The notes under the pieces: generated by a model
The model's input: only the letters and a program-made list of their open reading frames with translations
Database searches by the model: none
Told to the model about the DNA's origin: nothing
Assembly: GCA_035530555.1 (NCBI GenBank)
Contig: DATKUR010000013.1
Location: 239-64,238, forward strand
Reading direction: 5' to 3'
Source: Candidatus Humimicrobiaceae bacterium
Lineage (GTDB): Bacteria > Patescibacteriota > Minisyncoccia > Minisyncoccales > DG-74-1
Length of the DNA stretch: 64,000 bases
Position numbers and translations under genes: made by a program
In this document: piece by piece, positions 19,019 to 28,250 of the stretch
How positions within the stretch are numbered: the first letter of the stretch is position 1
How the letters are laid out: each line of letters opens with the position of its first letter

Positions 19019-20020
19019 TTATTTCCCTTCCTCGTACTTCTTCATGGCTTTCTGCCATTCCCAGGCTTTTTTACCTGTAGGTCTCCAGCCCATCACTAAT
19101 TGCCTAAAATCTTCCCGATAATGGCTACTAAAATAGTCAACCGTTTCAATAGCTGAAGAAGCTAAATCATCTGAGACAGAAGCTATTTCTTCGTCGGTTA
19201 TCTTGATTCTTGAAGTGATCAATTCTATTGATTCCTTAGGGTCTAGCGGCGCCTTAATCTCCATCGTCTGCAAAATATTTCTACCTTTCTCATCTTTCTT
19301 CTCTAGGAGCAGGTGGACAATATCTTTTATCTTAAGATCGAAGCCGCGTAAAACGCCACGGACGAACTCTCGTTGAACTTCGTAGAGTGGATGAACAAGG
19401 GAATGCAACCTAAGAGGATAGATTTCTTCAGGATTAATAAGGGCTAAGCGATAGATACTTGCGATAGCAACCACTAGGCCTTCGTCTTTGTCGGGTTCAA
19501 ATTCAAAAGTCCGCCAATCACCTTTTTCATCGCGGAGACGATCCCCAGCCGCAAAACTACAACGTCGGGCAATTGCTCGAACTCCATTCTGCTCCATCTT
19601 ATCGGCAACAAAGAGAACAAAGCGGACTTTTTCCGCTAATGCCTCCGGAAACTTCTCCCTAGTTTCTGGGTCCGTCAACCATTTAGGATAATGACCATGC
19701 TTTTCAATAGCGTAGGTAATAGCCGCCCCTTCTTCTCTAGTTATGAGGCCGGCCCCCTCGAGAATCCGACGGGTTTCTTTGGCGCTGGCTCCTTCATCGC
19801 CCACTCCGGGCCCGCTGGGTGAACGGATAATATCATGAAACCAGCCGGCAGCGTAAGCTAACTCTTTTTCACGCTGAGTGAGCCCATAAATTTCTCCGAT
19901 CTTCTGAGTTAGCTCAGCAACTTTCCTAAGGTGAAGGGCACTGTGAGCTTCGGTCACTTCTAAGCTTGCCAGATACTGTACTGCCAGCCGGGCAATCTTT
20001 TTTTCCCACTCATCTCCCAT
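19019..20020 (-). CDS. HD-domain phosphohydrolase-family protein, paralog B (uncharacterised subfamily)
   Basis: H...HD...D pattern (AHSALHLRKV, WFHDIIRS, FVADKME). It aligns along its full length with 20906..21925. I prefer ATG 20020 (MGDEWEKKIARL, which matches the paralog's N-terminus) over the track start at 20080, which overlaps the HAD gene. Confidence 0.7.
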   Translation of the reverse strand: MGDEWEKKIARLAVQYLASLEVTEAHSALHLRKVAELTQKIGEIYGLTQREKELAYAAGWFHDIIRSPSGPGVGDEGASAKETRRILEGAGLITREEGAAITYAIEKHGHYPKWLTDPETREKFPEALAEKVRFVLFVADKMEQNGVRAIARRCSFAAGDRLRDEKGDWRTFEFEPDKDEGLVVAIASIYRLALINPEEIYPLRLHSLVHPLYEVQREFVRGVLRGFDLKIKDIVHLLLEKKDEKGRNILQTMEIKAPLDPKESIELITSRIKITDEEIASVSDDLASSAIETVDYFSSHYREDFRQLVMGWRPTGKKAWEWQKAMKKYEEGK

Positions 20021-20033
20021 AGTAAAATTATCG

Positions 20034-20789
20034 TTATGGCTTATTAAAAAAATATTTTGCCATCTCCAAGATATTTTCAAAAATAAAATCTGGCTTTTCT
20101 TTTTTTAAATGTATTTTCAGGCCCATTCCGCAGGTCACAGCTACCACTTTACACTGAGCATCCTTGACTGCCAATACATCAACAACCGAATCGCCCACAT
20201 AGATTGTTTCCTTTGATGGTATATTCAATTTTTTAATTATTTTAATAATTCCCTCTCCGGAAGGTTTCTTCTTTTTAACATCTGCTTCTGAAAGAATCAT
20301 TGAAAATCTTTTCAGGCCTATGTCGGACAAGTCTCTTGAAACAGACCTCGCACTTGCATTAGTAAATATCGCTAGTCTGAATTTTCTGGACAATAAATCT
20401 ACTGCCTTACTAACCCAAGGGTAAATCCTTATCAATTTTTTAGCCCCGGAGGAATTAAAAAACTCTTCATATCCTTCTTCTATTTTTTCACTAATTTCTA
20501 GCTCCTTCTTAGAAACTTTTCTTTTTATTAACTCATCTAAAAACTTTTCTGGTTCGTCTTTATTAATGATGCTATTTAACTTTAATCCAGTTTTTGATAC
20601 GGCCAAAAGGGCTTTTATTGCCTCGTGACTGTCGTTATATTTACCAATTCCCCGCAAATGCCAGACGTCGTCTGCTTTAAAACTATAACCAAGCCCGCAA
20701 GAACCAAATCCTCTTCTAAAACCTTCATTTATTGCCAGCGAAGAATCCCTAAAAACGCCGCCAACATCAAAAACAAAAAGATTTAACAT
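20034..20789 (-). CDS. HAD-IA-like hydrolase with an atypical motif I
   Basis: 251 aa. Motif I reads FVFDVGGVF (DxG instead of DxD). Motif III/IV reads KKKKPSGEG...YVGDSVVDV. It is AT-rich like the host genes, unlike its neighbours. Confidence 0.75.
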   Translation of the reverse strand: MLNLFVFDVGGVFRDSSLAINEGFRRGFGSCGLGYSFKADDVWHLRGIGKYNDSHEAIKALLAVSKTGLKLNSIINKDEPEKFLDELIKRKVSKKELEISEKIEEGYEEFFNSSGAKKLIRIYPWVSKAVDLLSRKFRLAIFTNASARSVSRDLSDIGLKRFSMILSEADVKKKKPSGEGIIKIIKKLNIPSKETIYVGDSVVDVLAVKDAQCKVVAVTCGMGLKIHLKKEKPDFIFENILEMAKYFFNKP

Positions 20790-20830
20790 GTTCTATTTTA
20801 TTTTAATAACTTCTAATTAAATAGCAAATT

Positions 20831-20869
20831 AAAAAATAAACAGGTGGTGTCCGCAAGCGAACACCACCT
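20831..20869 (-). terminator. Rho-independent terminator after HD paralog A
   Basis: On the minus strand: AGGTGGTGT-tcgcttgcgg-ACACCACCT (perfect 9-bp stem) followed by GTTTATTTTTT. A degenerate copy of the same sequence follows HD paralog B at 18961..18996. Confidence 0.75.
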
Positions 20870-20905
20870 ATTATGTTCTTAGCCAAACATTCAGTTTAGC
20901 TTTAT

Positions 20906-21925
20906 TTAGAACTTGCCCTCCATATAGTCTATCATACCTTGACGCCACTCGCGGGCTTTTTCACCCGCAGGAATCCATTTCAGCGCTAGGCGGTCAAGAT
21001 CTTCCTGGTAGCGGTGACTGAAGTATTCCACCGTCTCTAGAGCCGACGATGCTATGTCTTCTGAAGTACGAGCTACTGCCTCATCGACAATCCCGCTCTT
21101 CACAGTAATCAGCTTGGCTAAACCAGAGATATTCTCCAGTGCGGATATTTTCCTTACCTGAAGGATGTTTTCACCTTCACCGGTTTTTGTCTCCAGAAGC
21201 AGTCGGGCGATATCTTCCACGGTTAGATGTAATCCATGAAGAACACCGAGAACAAAATCTCGCTGAACCTCATAGAGAGGTCCGACAACCGGTTTTAATC
21301 TCAGAGGATAAATCTCCTCGGGGTTAATAAAGGCCAGTCGCAGAAGGCTTTCTATAGCGACGACTAGAGCCTCGTCCTTGTCGGGTTGAAACCCGAATTT
21401 GCGCCAGTCGCCTTTCTCGCTGCGGAGCCGATCACCAGCAACGAACTGGGAGCGCCGGGCAATCACTCTTACTCCGTTGGCCTCCATTTTGTCGGCGACG
21501 AACAGAGCAAAATGAAGCTTTTTCCCTAGTTCCTCCGGCACTATCTCTCTAGTCTCCGAGTCACTCCACCATTCAGGATAACGACCTTGCCTTGCAATCG
21601 CGTAGGCAATAGCCGCTCCTTCTTCCTCGTTTACGAGACCGGCTTCTCCGAGTATCCGGCGCGTCTCGTTGGCACTAGTTTTCTCGTCTCCAACTGTCGG
21701 ATCTTCTGTAGACGAACGAACCACATCGTGGAAACGGCCGGCCCCATAGTCCAGTTCGTTTTCTCGTTCAGTGAAGCCATAAATCGACCCCACCTTCTGA
21801 GTTAATTCGGCCACGTTCCCCAAATGAGAAGCACTATGAGCCTCAGAAACCCCGAGACCCATCTGCCGTCTCCTCTTGAGCTCTGCTTCTCCTAACCGAG
21901 CAATCTCCTCTTTCCAGTTTTTCAT
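20906..21925 (-). CDS. HD-domain phosphohydrolase-family protein, paralog A (uncharacterised subfamily)
   Basis: 339 aa. AHSASHLGNV, RFHDVVRS, FVADKME. Strong SD (AAGGAGGAGAT-ATG). 4-nt overlap with the upstream methyltransferase. Hand-counted sample lines give about 52-62% GC against about 33-38% in flanking genes. Confidence 0.7.
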   Translation of the reverse strand: MKNWKEEIARLGEAELKRRRQMGLGVSEAHSASHLGNVAELTQKVGSIYGFTERENELDYGAGRFHDVVRSSTEDPTVGDEKTSANETRRILGEAGLVNEEEGAAIAYAIARQGRYPEWWSDSETREIVPEELGKKLHFALFVADKMEANGVRVIARRSQFVAGDRLRSEKGDWRKFGFQPDKDEALVVAIESLLRLAFINPEEIYPLRLKPVVGPLYEVQRDFVLGVLHGLHLTVEDIARLLLETKTGEGENILQVRKISALENISGLAKLITVKSGIVDEAVARTSEDIASSALETVEYFSHRYQEDLDRLALKWIPAGEKAREWRQGMIDYMEGKF

Positions 21926-22962
21926 ATCTCCTCCTTTTTTGTTTTTTCCCCGACTGTTACCATTAGTAATCGGGAATCGGGTAAAAGCTGATGAGGGTTA
22001 CTAGTGATAACCCCTTGTTCTACTAGCCTTTCAAGCAGGGTAGAATTTACATCAAATCCTGCCTCTTTCATCTCCTCAATATATCTTTCAACCGGACGGT
22101 GACCTTCCAGGGGCCAAATTGAGTTCGGCCCCAGCCCCGTACCACTCTCCCTGAGGATCTGATGATATCCGAGCCAAAAGCTAGTAATATCCTTGTTCGC
22201 CTGCTCATCGAACCCAATTGATTCGGGTACGGAGCCACTTGGATAGTACTTGAGCCAATTCCTCAGGCCTGCTTCCTTTTCGGGCCAATCAAACGTTTGG
22301 AGAAAACGGTATACCCGAAAAGGATGCTCCCAGATTGAGTTATGCCAGTCTGCAAACACGGCAATCCCTCCAGGTTTAAGTACTCTATAATAGAGACCGA
22401 AAGGAATTTGGCTATGATGGTGGATTGAGGCTACGCCGATTAAAATATCGACGCTCTCATCTGCGATATACTGACTCATAATCAAGTCAGTATCACAGAT
22501 GATTCTATGCTTTATTTCGTTTTCCTCCATCATCTTCTTAGCCGCCTCAAGACTTGCTCTGGAAGGGTCCAGAAGCAAAAATCGAGATTTTGACTGGACA
22601 GCGGTCGGCAACTCCTTCCATATTGTAAGCGCTGACAGGCCGGGCCCCGCACCTACATCTAATATCAAAAATTCGTCACCGATAGGATATCTTCCCATTA
22701 TTGCCTTTACCACTTCGGCAGTTTTTTGCCGGAGTAAAGCCGGGTTATCGCCAAACCCTGCTTTTTTCGCGGCCTCGCTTACCAAAGCAAGTTGCCCTTG
22801 GTTACCTCCTTCCCATTCATCGCTATACAGTTCAACTACCCTCTCTTCGTCAATAGAAGATGGCAATCCCCAGGCACTGCGTGCATATTCAGGAGTTCGT
22901 GCAGGGGATCCCATCGGCATGGGCATTAGCGTCTCGTTGTGCCGGACATAATTATTGGCCAT
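21922..22962 (-). CDS. Class I SAM-dependent methyltransferase with about 95-aa N-terminal extension, substrate unknown
   Basis: 346 aa. Motif I is ILDVGAGPGLSAL and post-I is LLLDPS. AGGAGG SD lies 6 nt before the ATG. GC-rich. Confidence 0.8.
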   Translation of the reverse strand: MANNYVRHNETLMPMPMGSPARTPEYARSAWGLPSSIDEERVVELYSDEWEGGNQGQLALVSEAAKKAGFGDNPALLRQKTAEVVKAIMGRYPIGDEFLILDVGAGPGLSALTIWKELPTAVQSKSRFLLLDPSRASLEAAKKMMEENEIKHRIICDTDLIMSQYIADESVDILIGVASIHHHSQIPFGLYYRVLKPGGIAVFADWHNSIWEHPFRVYRFLQTFDWPEKEAGLRNWLKYYPSGSVPESIGFDEQANKDITSFWLGYHQILRESGTGLGPNSIWPLEGHRPVERYIEEMKEAGFDVNSTLLERLVEQGVITSNPHQLLPDSRLLMVTVGEKTKKEEI

Positions 22963-22998
22963 CTAGCGCCTCCTTTATCGTATTTTTATTTACTGCCA

Positions 22999-23052
22999 TT
23001 GTGACAGCTGTTTAGAAACTTCTCAATTAGAGCAGCCAAACAGCTGTCACAA
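22999..23052. repeat. Perfect 15-bp inverted repeat with a 24-nt spacer in the methyltransferase 5' leader
   Basis: TTGTGACAGCTGTTT (22999..23013) and AAACAGCTGTCACAA (23038..23052). Each arm also contains the self-complementary octamer ACAGCTGT. Confidence 0.9.
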
Positions 23053-23092
23053 CATGATAGATATTTAAACTTTTGAAAGAACTGTAATGCTT

Positions 23093-23121
23093 ATTATAAC
23101 TTTTTATTCTTAAATTGTCAA
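23093..23121 (-). promoter_or_regulatory. Consensus sigma70-type promoter for the methyltransferase/HD operon
   Basis: On the minus strand: TTGACA (23121..23116), a 17-nt spacer, then TATAAT (23098..23093). The predicted leader is about 120 nt and contains the inverted repeat. Confidence 0.7.
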
Positions 23122-23144
23122 GGATTTGTAAAACGCAGATTTTG

Positions 23145-23176
23145 AAAACAAAAGAGCGTTCATCTCCGAACGCCCT
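23145..23176 (-). terminator. Rho-independent terminator after the phosphomevalonate kinase gene
   Basis: Minus-strand RNA: AGGGCGUUC-GGAGAU-GAACGCUCU (9 bp including one G-U) followed by UUUGUUUU. Confidence 0.75.
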
Positions 23177-23233
23177 TTATTTATTTGTAATAATCCTAAA
23201 ATCGGGTATTCCTCATTCTCTCCGTCTTCTTCT

Positions 23234-24277
23234 TCAGTTTTTTTCAGTTTTCACTCCTTCGACTGCCAGCTCACTTTCCCAAGGGTCATAGCCGATATTC
23301 TTTATCAAATCAATCAATTTATTTTTGTCCTCGTGGTAGCATAAAACTATTCCTCCGCCACCGGCGCCGCATAATTTGGCTGCTCCGCCGATCTCTTGAA
23401 CAGACCTAGCGATCTCATCTATTTTTTTGGTTGAAACTTTCAGCTCAGCCAGATTTTTTTGAGTTTGGTTTATGATTTCTTTCATTCTTTGAAAGTTTTT
23501 TATTTTTAAAACATCTAGCATTTCATAGCTCATCTCCCCGATTTTTTTTATTCTTTCTGTCCTGTATTTTTCGTCCAGTTCCCTGACCAATTGGACTAGT
23601 TCACCGGTTGTTTTTTGCGGTGGGTCGGTATAAACAAAAACAAAATTTTCGAGCCTGTAAGGAACCTCGTCCTTCAAGGACTTTATTTCATTTTTCGGCT
23701 GAGCCTTTTTAAACCAAACTAAGCCGCCGAAACAACAGGCAGAGTTATCTCCGCCGCTTGGTGTGCCATGAATTATCTTTTCTTGCTGAAAAGCGATATC
23801 GTTTATCTCTTCCAACGAAAGATTTTTTTGGAACAATTCGGCAATTGCCTTTGTTGTAGCGGCTGCCCGCGAAGCTGAAGAGCCAAGCCCTGCGCCGGTA
23901 GGAATTCTACTGTCAATAGTTATCGAAAATCCCTTATTAATTCCTAGTCTTTTCATCGCCAGGCCAAGGACAGAGGCCCGATAACCCTCATATCCGTTTT
24001 CTTTAATAAAACTGAAAAGCTTAGAAAAATCTTTTTTCTCGTTGCCCTCGTCCCAAAAATCGAGCGTTTTTTGGGTAATTTCAAAAACTTGCTCAACTTT
24101 CCAGGTATGTGATATATCAGGCCAAGCAACATCTTGATAGGTTATATCTTCAGCGGGATTTATATTAACGTATGTTCGATTGCCTATAGCAGTGATGATG
24201 GCTGGCTCACCATAAACAACGGCATACTCGCCGATCAAATGAACTTTTCCCGGCGCCGATACTTTTATTTTTTTCAT
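23234..24277 (-). CDS. GHMP kinase, probable phosphomevalonate kinase
   Basis: 347 aa. APGKVHLIGEYAVVYGEPAI (GEY as in PMKs) and the GLGSSASRAAAT GHMP motif. Assigned as PMK by elimination, because MVK and MVD are present. Confidence 0.65.
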   Translation of the reverse strand: MKKIKVSAPGKVHLIGEYAVVYGEPAIITAIGNRTYVNINPAEDITYQDVAWPDISHTWKVEQVFEITQKTLDFWDEGNEKKDFSKLFSFIKENGYEGYRASVLGLAMKRLGINKGFSITIDSRIPTGAGLGSSASRAAATTKAIAELFQKNLSLEEINDIAFQQEKIIHGTPSGGDNSACCFGGLVWFKKAQPKNEIKSLKDEVPYRLENFVFVYTDPPQKTTGELVQLVRELDEKYRTERIKKIGEMSYEMLDVLKIKNFQRMKEIINQTQKNLAELKVSTKKIDEIARSVQEIGGAAKLCGAGGGGIVLCYHEDKNKLIDLIKNIGYDPWESELAVEGVKTEKN

Positions 24278-24330
24278 TTTTTTATTTCGTTATTTAGTAT
24301 TTATAATATTAAGAAAATCGACCTTGACCT

Positions 24331-25485
24331 CTATGATTTGGCCGTCTTTTCTAAAAATTCTTGATGCAGCTTCATATGACCTTTTTGAATGCCCTCGGTG
24401 CCCAAAACCGAAAGAGCGGCTAAGTTATTAGCCAGGCCGACAGAAGCTGCGACAATGCCCAATTCCTGGGCGTTTTTTACTCCTAAAATTTTTAGAGCCA
24501 ATCTGGCTTTTTTTGTTGAGGTAGCTCCGCCAACCGTGGCAATAGCTAAAGGAATTTTAATTTCTCCTTTTAAAAAATTTTCCTCCAGTCGCCATTTAGT
24601 CACGGGTTTATATTTTCCGTCTTTGGCAGCAAAACTATGAACGCCTGATTCAATCGCTCTGAAATCATTTCCGGTAGCCAGAGCCACGGCATCAATACCG
24701 TTCATCACGCCCTTGTTATGGGTGACGGCCCGGTAGATATCTGCTTCGGCCAATTTCTGACCATCTAAAATTCTCTGAGCGACCTTGATCCCGGAAAATT
24801 TCTCCAGAGCTAATTTTTTAATTGGGACCTTGCACTCAACAAAAACAATTCTTTTTTCTGCAAAATTAGAAATTATTCTTAGGCCAATCTCTGCTTTGGC
24901 AATTTTAGCCAAAAGGGGAGCAATTTTTTCCAGCATAGTATTGACGATGTTAGCTCCCATGGCATCTTTGGAATCAACGAATAAATAAAGAATTAAAAAA
25001 TTTCTTATTTTTTTAACTTTAAAATCTTTGGCTCCGCCAGAAATTTTTAAAAGAAATTTATTAGTTCTGTTGGCTCTTTTCAAGATTTCATTTTTATTTT
25101 TTAAAATCTCCTTTTTCGTTTTTTCAAAATTTTTTATTCCAATTAATTGCAATTGGCCAATCATTTGGTTGCTCAAGTATTTTCCGAAAAAACCGCCACC
25201 CTCCTTAATCAATTTGGCTGCCCGGGAAGCGGCTGCCACAACCGATGGTTCTTCAATCTCCATGGGCACAAAATAATGTTGGTTGTTAACCAAAAAATTA
25301 TTAGCGATTTTAAAGGGACCTAAATTGTTCTCTAAGTCAACAAAATCGGGCAGTTTCTGATATTGGTGAAACAGCTTTAAATCCCTCTTATCTAAAGAAG
25401 AAGGTCTGGCAATAATTTTTATTTTTTCTGCCAGCGAAAGTTGATGAAACTGGGAGACAGCGGAAGTTATTGGCTTTCTCGCCAT
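24331..25485 (-). CDS. mvaA: HMG-CoA reductase, class II type
   Basis: 384 aa. MEIEEPSVVAAASRAAKL and DAMGANIVNTMLE resemble class II enzymes. Confidence 0.9.
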   Translation of the reverse strand: MARKPITSAVSQFHQLSLAEKIKIIARPSSLDKRDLKLFHQYQKLPDFVDLENNLGPFKIANNFLVNNQHYFVPMEIEEPSVVAAASRAAKLIKEGGGFFGKYLSNQMIGQLQLIGIKNFEKTKKEILKNKNEILKRANRTNKFLLKISGGAKDFKVKKIRNFLILYLFVDSKDAMGANIVNTMLEKIAPLLAKIAKAEIGLRIISNFAEKRIVFVECKVPIKKLALEKFSGIKVAQRILDGQKLAEADIYRAVTHNKGVMNGIDAVALATGNDFRAIESGVHSFAAKDGKYKPVTKWRLEENFLKGEIKIPLAIATVGGATSTKKARLALKILGVKNAQELGIVAASVGLANNLAALSVLGTEGIQKGHMKLHQEFLEKTAKS

Positions 25486-26630
25486 TTTAGATATTGTTTG
25501 ATGGTTAATTTTTTTCCTTTTTTTAATTGAGAACCAAGGTCGCTTCTAAATTTTTTATTTGAAACTACTGTTCCTTTAATACAAATTGAGCTGGCGCCCC
25601 CGCCGTAACCGTTGATACCGATCTGCTGACCTTTTTCAGCTTTTTCCAAAACTCCGGCTAAGCAAATGAAAATAGAAGAGGTGTAAGAATTACCAATGTA
25701 AGGATTATATTTCAAGCCTGGACTGAACTTTTGCCTAAAAAATTTTTTAAATTCCGGAGTCTCTCTAACTCCATCAAGCTCTTTCTTGTACCCAAGGAAA
25801 AGACCCGGCTTCTTAAGACATTCGGCTAAGGTAAGGTGCTCTTTTTGTTTCAGTTTTTCATGCCGCCAAAAAAGAGCCGCCACCCACTCAACAATTTTGG
25901 GAAAAGGTGTGTGCATAATAAAGAAGTCAAACATCTCCAAGAGCCCTTTCTTTTCTGTTTTCAAAGATTTTAGATTTTTTTTCTTCCAGTTTTCCAAGGC
26001 CTTTTTTTGACACTCTAAAAAAGCCGGCTTGGTCAATGCTCCATTAACCTGTGGGAAGGGATAAGAAGAAGACGGAACCTTAAAGTCATCAATGTCAGCC
26101 CCATACTGGCCTAGGTTTTGATAATCTAGGGCTAAAATTTTTGGCCTGGCTTCAATTCTCATGGCTACGGCTGCGCAGCCCTGGGTCACTTCAGCCTTAG
26201 GATCTTCCTGGCTATAGATGGAACGATCAATAGATAAAGCTACGGCCGGTTTCCCGGAATTGGCTTGACTGTACTCGCAAGCTGAAATTAATGCCTGCAG
26301 TCCGCCAAGACAGGCAAATTTATATTGGAAAGGGACGCTGCTCAGGCCTAATTTATGGTTCAAAATTTTAACGCCCAGGGGCTTGGAAGCATCCGGGTCC
26401 GACTCGGTGCCAATATAGAATCTTTCCACATCTCTAAAGCTAATTTTCATAAGAGCTTCTGCAGCCAGTTCGGTGATAGAAGTTTGATAAGGAACTCTAG
26501 CCTCAACCACGCCTAAGCCTTCTCCAGCATAAGCTGAAGGGATCTTTCTTTTCTCAGCCAGTTCCTTAATTGAAATGAAATGTTTTGGAATGGCAATGCC
26601 AATTTGCGAAATCCCGACCTTGGAAGTCAT
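25467..26630 (-). CDS. mvaS: HMG-CoA synthase
   Basis: 387 aa, thiolase-fold initiation-enzyme family. Active-site Cys context FACLGGLQAL. Located in the mevalonate operon. Confidence 0.88.
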   Translation of the reverse strand: MTSKVGISQIGIAIPKHFISIKELAEKRKIPSAYAGEGLGVVEARVPYQTSITELAAEALMKISFRDVERFYIGTESDPDASKPLGVKILNHKLGLSSVPFQYKFACLGGLQALISACEYSQANSGKPAVALSIDRSIYSQEDPKAEVTQGCAAVAMRIEARPKILALDYQNLGQYGADIDDFKVPSSSYPFPQVNGALTKPAFLECQKKALENWKKKNLKSLKTEKKGLLEMFDFFIMHTPFPKIVEWVAALFWRHEKLKQKEHLTLAECLKKPGLFLGYKKELDGVRETPEFKKFFRQKFSPGLKYNPYIGNSYTSSIFICLAGVLEKAEKGQQIGINGYGGGASSICIKGTVVSNKKFRSDLGSQLKKGKKLTIKQYLKWRESQ

Positions 26631-26634
26631 GGTT

Positions 26635-27165
26635 TTATTTTCTCCGACTTTTAATTTTCTTAATAATAATTCTAAACCAAGGGGTGTATTTTTTTGGATT
26701 TTTCTTAATATCGGTCTTTAGCTCCTTTAATTTAACCCATCGCCAGTCAGCTACTTCTTTTTTGTCAGGCCTAGGTTTTCCGTCAAATTTACCGAGAAAA
26801 ACATGGTCAAATTCGTGCTCAATAAGACCGCCGAGCTTTGCTTTATAGATAAAATTAAAAGCTTCTTTTAATTTACAATTAATCCCCATTTCTTCCTTCA
26901 ACCTTCTTTCAGCCGCCAATTTCGCTTCTTCCTTCGGTCTGGGGTGAGAACAACAGGTGTTTGTCCAAAGTCCCGGAGAGTGATATTTTGATTTGGCTCT
27001 TCTCTGAATTAGGGTTTCCCCTTTCTTATTAAACAAGAGTATAGAAAAAGCCCGATGCAGTTTTCCTGCCAGGTGGGCTTCCATTTTTTCTTCTGTCCCA
27101 ATGGTTTCGTTTTTCTTGTTAACTAAAACAATTTTTTCCACTTTTTTTCTAAGTCTTTCTTTCAA
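26635..27165 (-). CDS. idi: Isopentenyl-diphosphate delta-isomerase, type 1 (Nudix)
   Basis: 176 aa. LHRAFSILLFNKKGETLIQRRAKSKYHSPGLWTNTCCSHP closely mirrors the E. coli Idi core. Confidence 0.9.
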   Translation of the reverse strand: MKERLRKKVEKIVLVNKKNETIGTEEKMEAHLAGKLHRAFSILLFNKKGETLIQRRAKSKYHSPGLWTNTCCSHPRPKEEAKLAAERRLKEEMGINCKLKEAFNFIYKAKLGGLIEHEFDHVFLGKFDGKPRPDKKEVADWRWVKLKELKTDIKKNPKKYTPWFRIIIKKIKSRRK

Positions 27166-28246
27166 TTAAATAATTAACGAATTCTTCTAACTTAGCTTTT
27201 GCCTTTGACTCGGGCAAAAATTTTTCGGCATCCTGCCAGCTCTCTTTAATAATCTTTCGGGCCACTTTTCTGGCATAATCTATGCTACCATATTTTTTGA
27301 TGATTTCTATCGCCTTTTTTCTTTCTTTCGGATTATCGGTGTGCTTATCCAAAATTGACAATAGTCTTTTCTCGTCTTTTCGATTGGCTTTTTTCAAGGC
27401 ATGAATAACAATTAAGGTTCTTTTGCCTTCCTTAATATCGTTGCCAAAGCTCTTGCCAAATTTTTTTCTTTCTTTTCCTTCTAGGGCCAGATCCAAAATA
27501 TCGTCTTGAATCTGAAAGGCAACTCCGATGGCCTCGGCCATCTTACCGATCTTTTCGGCCAGTTTATCGCTTCCTCCTGAAAGAACAACTGCCAGCTTAG
27601 CAGCTAAACGAGAAAGACAGCCGGTCTTGAAAGCACACATTTGTAAATACTCTTTTTGGTTAACTGTTTTAGCTTTTCCCTGGTGCCAATAAATATCTGT
27701 ACCTTGGCCAAGATGAATATTAATCATGTCTTGGGCGTAAGCCTTGTAAACCTTAGCTAGAACTTTAGGTTTAAATTTATTTTTACTTTTTATTAAGATT
27801 ATCAAGGGTAGGAAATATAAAAAATTCCCAGCATTTACGGCTACGTCAACGCCAAAAATTCTATGCAAACAAGGTTTTCCTCTTCTCAGTTCCCCTTGGT
27901 CTTCAACGTCGTCGGTTATAATGGAGCCATCATGCGCCAGCTCGGGAATGATCAAAAAGTCTTTAACTTTTCTAATGTCGCCACCGACGGCTTCAGTAAT
28001 CAGTAAAAATAAAGCTGGCCGCCATCTTTTTCCGCCTCGGTCCAAAAATTCATAAATGGGCTTAATAAGAACTTCTTGGGCCGCTTTTTGACTATAAAAA
28101 TAGCGGGGCTTGCCAAAAGCAAATTCTAGCCATTTTTTGTTTGCCTTCCGGGGAAGATATTTTTCAATCAGTTTGTCAATTTCCGACTTTTTCTTTTCCA
28201 GATATTCCTCTATTCCTTGGTGTTTTATTTTAGCTTGATCGGGCAT
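27149..28246 (-). CDS. Polyprenyl diphosphate synthase (GGPP-synthase-like)
   Basis: 365 aa. First Asp-rich motif DDVED with small residues (G, S) at positions -5/-4. Second motif FQIQDDILD. Confidence 0.88.
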   Translation of the reverse strand: MPDQAKIKHQGIEEYLEKKKSEIDKLIEKYLPRKANKKWLEFAFGKPRYFYSQKAAQEVLIKPIYEFLDRGGKRWRPALFLLITEAVGGDIRKVKDFLIIPELAHDGSIITDDVEDQGELRRGKPCLHRIFGVDVAVNAGNFLYFLPLIILIKSKNKFKPKVLAKVYKAYAQDMINIHLGQGTDIYWHQGKAKTVNQKEYLQMCAFKTGCLSRLAAKLAVVLSGGSDKLAEKIGKMAEAIGVAFQIQDDILDLALEGKERKKFGKSFGNDIKEGKRTLIVIHALKKANRKDEKRLLSILDKHTDNPKERKKAIEIIKKYGSIDYARKVARKIIKESWQDAEKFLPESKAKAKLEEFVNYLIERKT

Positions 28247-28250
28247 AGAT

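Noticed and set aside
20021-20080. A 20-aa N-terminal extension of HD paralog B (track start at 20080) overlapping the HAD gene by 47 nt.
   Set aside because: The extension has no counterpart in paralog A. The internal ATG at 20020 aligns with the paralog's N-terminus and removes the overlap.
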